A DNA stretch of 64,000 nt from Geosiphon pyriformis uo1. Its lineage: Eukaryota; Fungi; Glomeromycota. Shown here in pieces: positions 51,571-64,000 of this stretch. The notes under the pieces are model-generated. The model searched no databases. It saw only the letters and a list, made by a program, of their open reading frames with translations, and was not told where the DNA came from. A program made the position numbers and the translations under genes. The number at the start of each line of letters is the position of its first letter. Positions within the stretch are counted from its first letter, which is position 1. The stretch is taken from the NCBI GenBank assembly GCA_016748015.1, contig JAAOMT010000129.1, forward strand, positions 1-64,000. Direction: 5' to 3'.

Positions 51571-53815
51571 ATGATCACAATCAGAGCAAAAAATAAGAAA
51601 GCTGCATTTGATATTTTTTCTGAAATATCTAATAAAATTTCAATCAAAAAAGCTTTTTCTGTTGTAAAAGCAATTAGGCAAAATGTTTTAAAAGTCTTTT
51701 CTTTATCTAATAATCGTGAAAAGCTGTTTTTGGTAGCTACTAAAGCAACTTTCTCATTTTTGACTGGTTTTTTATCAGTCAAAGTTTTTTCAAAGAGATA
51801 CACTTGAGTTAGTTCTAGTATTGTCTCTATTTTTTCAAAGAACCCAAAAATTTTTAATAACAAACCAGTTAACAAGCTGGTTTTCTCTTTCATAGCTTCT
51901 ATATCAGATGCTACTAGCACTTCTCTTTCAAAAAAAATGGTCAAAAAAACCAAAAGCTCAAAAAAATAGGAACAGTTATTTGTTTCTACTATTATTACAC
52001 TAAAACTCTTTGTGGTTCATAATAAGATCTTAAGTAAGATTTTTGTAGCATTATTCAGCATATTATCCAAAATGGGCCAAGATCAACCACTAACTGTATT
52101 GTCAAATATAGTGTCTTTTGGCAAATCATTGCCAGTTTTAAAAACAAAACAATTATTTTTTGTAATATTACTTGTTCTTAGAAACTGAATTATTTTTTTC
52201 TTTGGTTTTTGGTGCTATTAATAATGGTGCTTGGAAAATCATTGCTAGTTATTAAAAGTTTACTGAATGGGTGGCCTCTACTTTGGTGCTTAGTACTACT
52301 TTTAAGATCAAATTGGCTTATATTAAGACTGTTTTTTAGTCTGTACATGGTTTTTTGGATGCAAAATTAGTATTAAAAAACAATGTGAAGCTCTTTTGTA
52401 TAGAATTTGCTTCTCAAATGTCTTTGAAAGCTGTATTTTTGGTTAAGCTTACAAGTTCTGTTTATTTAGCCACTCTTAAAATTGTTAAGTCTTTGGTAGT
52501 TTCTAAGTTTGGTTCTCTTTCTGCTGCTATTGTATTACATAATATGTCTTTGGATGTGTTTGCTGCTAACATTAAGACAGCTCTCAGTATGTTTAGTGTT
52601 ATTGCTTATGTTATGCTGAAGTTTGTTGGCATTTAACAATATGTAGTTGTTTATTTTGAAAAGTTGAACTTTATTGTATCTGTTTTAAATCATTGATCAG
52701 TTTTGATGAAAAAAAATAGTGTTAGAATTTTTCTCTTGGTGAATTAAAATAAGACTATTCTGTTTTGTAATAGGTTTAAGGCCAAGTTGGTCAACTTTTT
52801 TTTTGGCTGTACTGCTTTTAAAATTAATAATATGGTTTTTTAAGTTGATAATTAAACATGTTTTATTCTTTGTTTTCTTGATTCTGGTTATTGTTCTTAG
52901 TTTGCTTTAGTTACATTTGGATCTCAAATTAATCTGAATGCTGTTATTGTTAAGACTAGTACTCTGAAAAAGTGTCATATCTGGTAGAAAACACCTAGTT
53001 GTTAGTGTTGTTTTAGGTGTTAAAAAATAAGCCATTTGGCTGTAAATTGTAAAATATTTCTACTTCTTCCTCTTAAAGCTTCCAAGTTATTTGCTCTATA
53101 CTTTGTGAATACTAAGTTTTATGCTAAGATATTTGTCTTTTTGGGCTTTTCTGAATTCTCTCTATTGGTAACTTCTACTTTTTTTTCTGAAGTTAAAGAT
53201 GACTTTTTAATTTTGTCTTGGCTTATGTCTTTGAAATCTAATTTGGCCAAATTGTCAATATTGGTTAAATTTATTGTTAAGTCTGTTGGTAAATTGGTAA
53301 TTGCTTTTAAACAATTTATTAAAGATGATCTTGTATTAAGCAGTAAGCTTAAAAACAAGATTAATAAGCTTATAATATATTTAAGTGCTTTTAGCAAATC
53401 TGTTAATAAGTTAGAAATAAAGGTAGTAGTATTAAAGACTAAGTATAACATAGATGATATTAATTTGTCTAATAATTTTAAAGTTTCAGTTGGAGTAAGT
53501 AATGAGATATTTAGTAAGCTAATAGTATTCTGGGCTTTTGAATCTTTTGAGATTAGGTCCAGTTCCATAAAAACATCTAAGTGGCTTGTTGAATTGGTTT
53601 TTAGTAGTTTTATTTTATTTGATATAATTCAAAAAATATCTATTTTGGACAAGTTTTTTTGTAAGTTGTTAGCATAGTATAATCTAAACTGGTTTGAGTA
53701 ATTGGTTGTATATAATAAATGTGTAAATTATATTTAGCTGAAGTTCTTAGTCTTAACTCTATATACTAGATAATGATTAGACTGCACTCATTAAAATAAA
53801 TAAATAAATAAAAAA
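51571..53815 (+). mobile_element. ORF1-only non-autonomous non-LTR element, copy 1
   Basis: Single decayed ~700-codon ORF at 51571-53677 (RRM-like segments, CFRC-KISHLAVNC knuckle), directly followed by the LINE-type 3' tail and (TAAA)n. No ORF2. Confidence 0.82.
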
Positions 53816-54077
53816 TAGTATATATAAAAAAAGTAAAATAAAAAATATCTTAAAAAACCAGTTATTTTAAAAAATATTAATATATTATTTTGATAAAAAA
53901 TAAATTTATTATTATTGTAATTCTGTTTTTTAATTTTATTTATTAATTTTATATTTAACAATTCTAATTCAAAAAATTTCAATATTTATATCTTGTTACT
54001 ATAACTTATAATTATTTTATTATATTAAATAAGTATTTATAATAATTTTATAAAATATAAACCAAATTTTTATATAT

Positions 54078-54995
54078 TGTTACAAATAATTATTTAAGTG
54101 TTAAAATAAATAACAAACTTATAACTTGGTACTCAATAGTTAATAATACTGTTAATAATTTCTGAAAATTTTGGATTTAAAAGTTTTGGTTGAGTTTTTT
54201 GTATAATAAACAGAGATTTACTTAGTAGTTGTTTTTTTAAATTTTTTTTTAATATAAAAACTGGTTTAATTTAACAGTTATGTTTTTTTAATAAATTATT
54301 CTTAAGTTTTTATCTTTGTTTTATAAATTTTTTATCAGATTATTTTTGATGTTAATATCTCAGTATTTAATTTTTTAATCAATTAGTACATAATATAAAA
54401 TAATAAAAATAAAAAATAAATAAAAAATAAAAAAAATAAAAAATTAGTATTTTATTAATAGCTATAATCAAGAACTATTAATTCAGTATAATTAAGTAAT
54501 AGATATTATTAGCATGAGTTGCTAATAAAGTCGAAAAATAATAATATTAATTTAATAAAGAAAATAACATAAATTGAATGATAAATTAATGATTTTATTT
54601 GATATTTGGATAATTTTACTTCAAGATATAGAAAATTATTTTTTAAAAAAAAGAATAAATCATGAATATTTATTGTTAACTAACTTAAAATTAGTCTAAA
54701 TTGTAAATACTTTTCTTATTTTTGATACTACTCTTATATATATATAATTTTTATTATATAAAATCTTATATATTCTTACTTTTTTTTATAATATTTTTTA
54801 AAACTATGTTTATTCCTAAACAATATGCCATAATTTTTTGAAAATATGTTTATTTCTTACAAATGTACACATTTCTGAAAATGTGTTATAATTTTCTAAA
54901 AATGTGCTCACATATTGAATACTATTTTTTTATTAGTTTATTTTTATAATTTGTTTTCTCTATTTTTTTTTTGTACTTTTTTTCTATAAGTAACA
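54078..54995 (-). repeat. Old, divergent solo LTR related to the Gypsy family
   Basis: TGTTACAAATAATT...CTATAAGTAACA termini. Internal matches ataacttggtactc and tttgtataataaacagagatt. ATAT/ATAT duplication. Confidence 0.85.
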
Positions 54996-55318
54996 ATATT
55001 TATATTTTAAAAACAAGTATAATTATTAAATATGTCTTTTTTGAAAAAAAATTTTTATTATATCTTAATAAGTCTATCTAACTTCAAAAATAATTTAATA
55101 CTGTATATATTTAAAATTATAATAGAATAATATATTAAAACAAAAAAATAATAGATAAAAGATAATATAATAAGATAATCTCAATATAATAGTTAAGATT
55201 TTAATAATATTTATAAACAATATTTTTACATATATATGATAATTAGTACAAATAAAAATAGAATCTTATTATTTAAATATTAATATTATTTAATAAATTG
55301 TTATATTTATTTATTAAA

Positions 55319-57537
55319 TTTTTTTTTATTTGCTTAACGAGTGCAGCCCAAAAACAATCTAGTACTATACACCAAAGAAATAATCTAAACTAGATGTTAA
55401 TCATGTACTTTCTACACGTAATTAGTTACTTAGACCAATCAAGAACACACTATGCTGAAACAATAGGAGATAAAAATAATTCCAATCCATGAATTTTTTC
55501 AATAACACCATTCAGATTCCTAGAATCAAAAATAAACTCACTAAAAAATAATCTAGTAGATTCAACACTACTCCTAATCTCAACACCCGACATCTGCTAC
55601 AAAGCTATAATACACTTAACAGTATTCTTACTTAAAAGAAAAGGTTTGGCAGCCTGCATATCATTATAATCTATGCTACCAAAGTCAACTTTAGATCTAA
55701 GACAAGCAATGTCCTTAGACACACCAACCAAAAGATTGGCAAAATTGTTAAAAACATATTTCATAGAAAGAAGATCTTTTTTTGACTAAACAGTCTTAAC
55801 AGCATTATCATTAAGGAGACAAGATACCAAGACAACCAAAGAGCCAATAGGCTCAACAATAGACTTTACCAAAGCAGCCAAATCCGAAATTTGTTTTTTC
55901 AAAGAGTCCAATCTGGGCCCAACAGCAGGATCAACAACAGTCACAGAAGGGGTGAAAGCCATCAAAGAAGGAAATTCAGACATAACAGGGGGAGCAAATG
56001 TCTTAGCATAAGACAAAAAACCAACAAAATATGGTTTGAACACCTTGGAAGCTTTAGGAAAGGGAAATGAAGCAACTTTACAGTCTACAGCCAAGTGACT
56101 TGTTTCTTGATACTGAAAACAATGCCGACAATTAGGAGTCTCTCACCAGATACAGCACTTTCTAAGCATACTAGTATTGGCAACAACAAAATCCAAATCA
56201 GCTTGAAAGCCAAACATAACTAGAGCAAAGCAGAGATGATAACCAGAATCAAGAGACCAAAGAATGAAACAAAACTGGCCACCAATCTGAGAAATCATAT
56301 TACTGATTTCAAAGACAATACAGCCAGAAGAAAAGTTAACCAACTTGGCTTTAAATCTATCACAAGACAAATTTTTGCCTACCAATACTGACCAATGATT
56401 TAAAGCAGACATGGCAGAATCTAATTTCTCAAAATGAACTACCACATATTGCCAAATGCCAGCAGGCTTTAGCATTACATGAGTAATCATACCAAAAACA
56501 CTAAGAGCTGTTTTAATGTTAGCAGCAGACACACCCAAAGACATATTATGCAGCACAACAGCAGCAAAAGGAGATCCAGACTTAGAAACCACCAAAGACT
56601 TGGCAATTTTAAGAGTAACAAGATGAACAGAGCTTGTAAGCTCAACTAAAAATGCAGCATCTAAAGAAGTTTGAAAAGCAAATTCCACACAAAAAAGCTT
56701 TATATTGTCTTTTGAAACAGACTTAACACCCAAAAAACCATGTACAGACTGAAAAACAGCCTTAACATGAGCCAATTTAATTTTAAAAATAGCACCAGGC
56801 ACCAGAGTGAAGGCCACCCACTTAGCAAATCTTTGATAACTAACAATAATTTTCTAAGCACTATCAGAAGTAGCACCAGAAACTAGAGGAAAAGATGATT
56901 CAGTTTTCATCTGATCAGCCCAGTTTATAAGAACAGGTAACCCAACAAGAGGAGATTGTTTTGCTTTTAAAACCAGTAATGATCTGCTGAAAGACACCAT
57001 ATTTGGCAACACAGTTAGTGGTTGATCTAAGCCTATCTTAAACAATGTGCCAAATAATGCTACAAAGATTTCATCTAGGATCTCATTGGGAACTACAAAA
57101 GAGTGTGATGTAACAATAACAGAGACAAGCGACTGCTCCCACTTTTCTGAACTTTTGGTTTTTTTGACTATTTTTTTTGAAGAGGTAATGCTAGAAGCAT
57201 CAGGTGTTGAATCTATAGAGGGGAAAACCAGCTTATTTACTGGTCTATTATTAAAAACTTTTGGGCTCTTAGTCAGGATGGAGACAACACTGAGACTAAT
57301 TCAAGTATGTCTCTTTGAGGGAACTTTGACTGGTAAGAAACCAGCCAAAGATAAGAAAGTTGCTTTAGCAGCTACTAAAGGCAGCTTATCACAATTACTG
57401 GGTAGAGGAAAAGATTCTAAAATGTTTTGCCTAGTTGTTTCTACAATAGAGAAAGCTCCTTTGGTTGAAATTTTATTAGATATTTTAGGACAGATATCAG
57501 ATGCAGCTTTTTTATTCTTTGCTCTAATCATGGTCAT
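55319..57537 (-). mobile_element. ORF1-only non-autonomous non-LTR element, copy 2
   Basis: MTMIRAKNKKAASDICPKISNKIS start homologous to copy 1. CRHCFQYQETSHLAVDC knuckle. Stop at about 55450, then shared tail and poly(T) at 55319-55327. Confidence 0.85.
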
Positions 57538-58311
57538 AAAATTTTATTAATAAATTATATGATTAATATCTTTTCTTAGAAAAATTGTCTTTTAATAACT
57601 TATTATCTGTTAAAATAGTTTTTTATTAGATTGTAATAAAATTTATTTAAATATTAACAATTTAATTAGTTAATTCTTTTTAATATTTATACTAATACAA
57701 TAATTTAACTTTACAGGTTTTGATCTAAATTTTTATTTATTTTTATATTTTACAAAAAATTTAAAAAATATTTGAGATTAAATTATTAACATCTAATAAT
57801 TTTAAACTTTTTAAGATTTTAAAAAAATAAAAGTGTTATTTATACTATTATAAAATTAATATTTAAGTTTTTTAAATATTAAGTAGTCTTTTAAACATAA
57901 ATTTATTTATATGTTATAACAAATCTAATGTAATTTATTGTTAAAATATAATATTAAATTCAATATATTGGACTATAAAAAATTTTTGTAAAAAATTAAA
58001 ATTAATATATTAATATATAAAACATAATATGTTGTTTATAAACTATAAATTCTTAAAAAGTACAGATTTTATAAATTAATTTATTAGATAAAAAGATAAA
58101 TGTTTTTATTATTTTTATTTATATATTTTTAATAGTTATTAAAACTATAATATATTCTAAAATAAAAATCCAATTACAAAAAATTCTTTTAAAAATAAAT
58201 TCAAAAAATTAAAATTAAAATTTATATAAATATTTTAAATAAACAAATAAACTTATTATATGCTTAAACTTATATTTTATATACTTATTGTCAAAATTTA
58301 TTATTATTATA

Positions 58312-61300
58312 TTTTTAATGAGTAAAATTCAAATGCCACTTAGTACAATATATTAAACTAAATAATCTAAACTAGGTGCAAAGCATGTATTTTTTATACA
58401 TAACCAATTATTTAGGCCAATCAGAACAATATTATGAATTTATTTTAACAGAAATTACACAATTAGTACCAGAAAAAAATTTGCAAAGCTTATGAGAACC
58501 AAAATTAATGTTGTGTGTCTTTATAATTTTAAACAACTTAACAATATTATTAAAAATCAAAACCACAAAACCACAGATCTCAAAAAACAAAGATCTATTA
58601 TGTGTAATTAAAATTTTTTTTTTCATTAATACTTTATACTTAGTCCTTATCAATTATACATTAACTTGATAAGTCATTTTCAAACCTTGTATTAACTTAA
58701 CAATCTTTTTATTGGCAGATTTGGCACAGCCAAAAACAAAGACAGTTTTTAAATATCATTTCCTGAATACAAAATTTTTGTATAATGCAATATACATAAT
58801 ATTATTAGAAGCACACAAAGAAAGCAATTATAAAATACAAAATAAGGACAAATTCAAGTCTAATACAGAACTCTATTGGGCCAGATGTAAATTAAGTAAT
58901 TTTTTGTAAACATCAAAATCTATTATACATGTAAAAGAATGATCAAAAAACTTAATCTCTCTATATTGTAAATATAATATACTAAAATATTTTCTATTAT
59001 ATAAGTATTTTTAAACAGCAACTGACAAATAATGATACAAAGCTTTTATAAAGTATGAATGCAAATTAGCAATAGATCTACTTATAAAACCAGATGTTAT
59101 ATATGAATTGGAATATCAAACCAATAAAATCTGAATTTAATCTATGTTCTTAATTATGTTCTTATATATTACACTAAAACTAGACTCAATTTCTCAACAA
59201 GCACAATAAACAATCCTAAACACATTACAAATAAAATACTAAATATTCTTAAACATTGCTATTTTATCAGCTCTGATGTATTTTTCTTTAACAAGAATAG
59301 GAAGTGACAAATTCAAACATAAAACTAAGTTGGCCAATATGTCAGTATACTTATTACCTAAAACATCTGAATGGTCTTTAATCTTAGTTTAGCAAATAAC
59401 AAGTGTTTTATATTTAATAGAATTTATAATATTATGTTTTTCAAGCCAATAACAATTATAAAAGTTAAATAAAACTATACTTAATTTTACAGTATATGTA
59501 TTTAAAGTAATTTAACTATCTAAATATATCATAACATTACTAGAAGCTAAAACATACTCCAAGGCCAAAGTAATTATAATTCTGCTATTGTAAAAAACAC
59601 CAAACTACCAACTTTAACATTAATACTTAAATTCAAATCAGCAAAAAATATAGCTGCACTATATTTTATCTTATATATATCTAAGTTCTTTAAAGATCCA
59701 TCTGTATAAACATTAATAATATTTAAATTAGCACTAGAGAAACATTGTCTTATTATGGAGAAATCACTGGTATCAAAAACATTCAAAAGCTGGAATTTGC
59801 TAATAATTGGCTAAACAGCAAAACTAGAAACAAGATTGACTAAGTAATCATATATTAACTTGAACCAAACAGAGATTAAATCTCTAAAATCAAGTTTTTT
59901 TCAATAACAAAAACTTTTTCAATCAAAAATTAACTCTTTTTTATTATACAATTGTTCAACAAAGACAATACCAAATCTCTTAAATAAGTAAAAAATATTA
60001 TGAAACATTGTATTTTTTAAGATAAAAGACATAGAAATACTATCAAAAAACCAAAATATGAAGAACAAAATATTGGTAAAAAAAACATTATAATCCAAAA
60101 AATTTTTTATTAAATTAACCAAAAAATTGTTAACTGGACTGATCTTCAACTTTACAGAATTTTGCAAAGAATAAATGAAAGACCAGCTCAAAATTTGCAA
60201 ATTTAAAGACTTATAATCAAATAAATAAACAAAAACTTTATTAGTATTTAAAAAACTCAACACAGAAGTCAATTTACTTTCTGCTTGTATTTGCTTAAAT
60301 AATTTAAAGCCATACAAAGATAGATAATAAAAAGCCTAATTGAAAAAATTCTTTGACAAACCAGCTTTTATTTTTAAACTCTTCCTAATCAGTATATTTT
60401 ATTTGTTGTATACACTTTTAAAAACAAAACTAAACTGGATTTTGTAATCAATAATAGATTAAAGCACAGCTGAAATCAAATAAAGAAACTGCTTATTCAA
60501 AATAGCTTTTTTCAAGATTATATTGGCAAAAAACCTAATATCTAAATAAGCTTTCTTTAAACTAGGTTTGAATAAACTTTCAAAAGACAAAAAAATACTA
60601 AAATATTTATGGAATTCCCTACTCTGTGCTATAAATATTGGCAGACTACTTATTAATAATAAGACATTCCTAACTTTTTAGTTAATAAAAATGGCTACTG
60701 TTTTCTTATTGTTAATTAAAATATTATTAATAATAAAAAACTTACTTGCAATATTCAAAATATATTAAGTAATAGCTTGATTACTTCTTATCTAAATTGT
60801 GTTATTAACAAAAACACCAGTTACTAAATATAAAGTCAACTTGTTTTGGTTTTTTATTTTGCCAGTTTTGGCTACAAACTTAATATTAATACAATAATCA
60901 TACAAGCTTTTATGTTTTTTGATCTTATACAGAAGAAAATTATAAAAAATTCTCCAAAACAGAGAAAAAAAAATCTTATTCTGGTTTAGATCATTATGTA
61001 CTTGGTATCTATTAGTCAATTTATAATCAGTTATAATCTGATTAATTTTATTATTATAAATACTACCAAAGAACCTAATAAATTACTTACATATTTTAAT
61101 TTGAACTATATTGTTTTTCAAATAATGCTAACCAATAAAGTCATATGTCTTTCACATATTTTGTAAGACCAACCAAAGTTCACAACTTTTTTTTAAAGTA
61201 TTTTCAATTACTAAGCCAACAACAAAGATAAAAAATTAAATAGTAGTGTTTTTTAATACAAAAAAATTGTCACTATAAAGAACATTAAATCTACTATAGG

Positions 61301-64000
61301 CCAAGAAAATTTTATTAGATAAAATCTTGAAAAGAATCTTACAAACAGTTTTAATTAAGACAATTAGTCTGGTATTGATCAAAACATTTTTTTATTTATA
61401 GAGTTTAAAAATTATTAACATTCAAATTTCTTTTCAAAGTTAAAATACAGATTCATATACCAAACAAAAGTTCAAAAAATCCAGAAACATAACAAAACTG
61501 AACTATTATTATGTTTTTAAAGCTTATTTGTAATATTAAACAAACCAGCAATCTTTCTATTAAACAGATTTTTAATTATATATATTAAATTATTATAATT
61601 AATAATATCTATAACATTAAAAAAAGCAGTATTATCAATATAAGCCAGTAGTAAATATTGACAATACCACTAGTTAAGAACACTATTTAACACCAATTTT
61701 TTCTTTGTCCAATCTTTCATAATTGTATTAATTTTAAATTTGATCTTACCAGGATCCAGAATCAGTTTATTATTAACAATTAAATAATTTAATACAATCT
61801 TTCAAAAAAAATGCTTCAATATATTTTTGATTATGTAATCTTTATTAATAACAAAGCTCTCTATTTGTTTGTCAATAGCAGATCTAATAAGTGACTTTTT
61901 AACTCTTAGAGATTTAGTAAGTTTAAAAATACAATATGATTTTTTTACTTTAAAAAAAAAAGATCTTATACAATTAAAATCAAAACTAAAGTTCAATAAA
62001 ACTTAAATACTTGAAGCATTATTATTGTTCAAAGACATTTAATAGCTTATTAAAAAATTGAACTTATTATTAGTCTCATTATGTAAAAATTTGGCAATTT
62101 TTAATATTAACAATTCCAATTTATAAAACTTAAAAGATTTTTTGGTGAAAATACCATCAAAACTCTTAAACTATTTTTTTTTAAACACCTTATTGGCTGA
62201 TAAACTTACTATTTTATGAATAATATTTCATATTATATTTATATTTAAAAAATTTTTAGATGCAGCAAACTCATTAAAAAACATAGCAGCATTGGTCATT
62301 ATAGTATTCTTAAATTTGTTTTATTTTATATTATTAGTATTTTTAAAATTAAACTTTTAATAGTTTCTATTTGTCAGCTTATAAAAAAAATTCAAATATA
62401 TATTCAACAAATTACCCAAACTTACAAAAACAAAGACTGCTTAATAATTAGTGTTAAAGTGTTCTTTAATATTCAAAACATTATAATTTACTATTATTAA
62501 TCAAATTTGAAAAGACAAATATAAAATCAATTGTTTTTTCAGCATTCCTAAAATTATTTTATGTTAAGATTAACACAACCAAACTTCTTGTCAAAGAATT
62601 AACCAGTTCCAAATTAAGGCACTTTTTGAAGCTAGCACATTTACAAAAACCATTTTTATTGAAATTACCTTTCAAAATCACAAATAAAATTTTGTTTATA
62701 GCTTTAGCAATTAGTAAATTGACTTCTTCAGTTTAATCCAAGCATGTTATCAGAATGGTATCAGTATACAGTTCCAAAATCAATACAGAAAGTTTATTCT
62801 TGAAAAGCAGCTTAATAAACAAAAGCTTATTAGCAACTTCTAAAATCTTGTACATATGTCTTATTAAATTAATATTTATAATAATTATGACATCAAAACC
62901 CAAGTAATCAAACTTCAAACCAAATGTAAACACTTAAATACTATTAAACTTGTTTATAATTTATAGACAAACTTTATTTTTTAATTTTGTCTCAGTAATA
63001 ATAAGAATTAAATTGTTTATTTTTTTATGTTAACAAATAATATTTTTTTACTTAGCAAAGTTGTTTATACTTCTAATAATACACATGGCAATTTTCCAAA
63101 TTAAATCAGTTATTGTTGAAAAATAATGTCCAAACTCAAACTTTTGTTATCTATTTTGGCCAACAGATCTATAACTATATTTGATAAATTGTCTATTTTT
63201 TCTTTGGATTTTTTGATGACTGATGAATCCAAAATTTCTGTCTAAGTAATAGTCTTATCATTAGTGGCTACATCCAAATTTTTACTTATTACTATATTTG
63301 CTCCTTGATTCTGTAATAAAAAGGTCATCAATGATTAATATCCAGAATTAAACTAAGAAACTATTAGTTTGAGTACATTCAACTTTTTAGCCAGCTTACT
63401 AACTTGCTTTGCAAGGCTGTCAAAATTGCATTCAAGAACAGCAAACCTATTACTTACTTCCAAAAAAACCAGTGAGAAAATTTTAATATTTAAAAATGAA
63501 CCAGTATTAAAAGAAACCAAAAATATCATGTAAAAAGTGGAATCAACAAAAATTTAAATCCAAGTTTTTTTTATTGAATAAAACTAAACAAACAATTAAT
63601 GCTTGTTTTTTTTTATATATATTTGCCAAACAAATTTGATCCTAAAAAATGATCACTTATCTATTACAATTACCTAAATTTTTACTTATTAAATACATAT
63701 TAGAAACATAATTAAATTGTTTATACTAAGTATAACAGACCAAAAAAAGACCAGCTCAATGTAAATTCACACTCTTAAAAACTGAAGTAGAACTAACAGC
63801 AGTCTTTTTAGAAGCTTTGTTAGTAAAATAAACAACAGCATATTTGTTATGTTCATATATGCTCAGATTATAACCAATAAAACAAGTCTTTTTATCATAT
63901 GACACTAATACTTCAGAAAAATTATGAGCAATAGTGTCAATTAGCAAAATATACAATAAAACTTAATAAAGATTTTTGAATACCCACAACTGTTTATTAT
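58312..64000 (-). mobile_element. LINE-d: older, strongly AT-shifted LINE running off the window
   Basis: Shared tail at 58312-58431. VYTDGSLKN, GVFVNNTI, IWKIAMC (ORF2 start about 63113). ORF1 remnant KTCFIGYN...VFKSVNLH at 63756-63956. Confidence 0.88.

Noticed and set aside
51543-51953. ORFs 51543-51953(-) and 57047-57550(+) as a separate gene pair
   Set aside because: They are the antisense frames of the ORF1-only elements' N-termini.
57600-58300. Faint resemblance to LINE ORF2 on the plus strand
   Set aside because: Only short, ambiguous matches.

Overview
AT-rich eukaryotic DNA made up almost entirely of decayed retrotransposons. I found no host gene, RNA gene or CRISPR array. The proteins resemble, from memory and unverified, repeat-derived proteins of Glomeromycotina fungi. 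Contents: (i) four non-LTR (LINE) copies with ORF1 (RRM-like + CCHC) and ORF2 (APE endonuclease-RT-RNase H-CCHC), one 5'-truncated and one running off the window; (ii) three full-length ~10 kb Ty3/Gypsy elements of one family (A +, B -, C +), where A and C sit inside one LINE and B sits inside the 5' LTR of C; (iii) two solo LTRs; (iv) two complete and one remnant ORF1-only non-autonomous elements carrying the LINE 3' tail. Every long ORF is broken by C>T/G>A transitions. The most notable features belong to the Gypsy family: a 328-codon Gag leader with no conserved AUG, a Cys-rich insert plus dUTPase plus a degenerate dUTPase-like segment between protease and RT, an integrase in its own ORF, a 209-aa extra ORF before the PPT, and 4-bp target duplications that appear to be CpG-centred.
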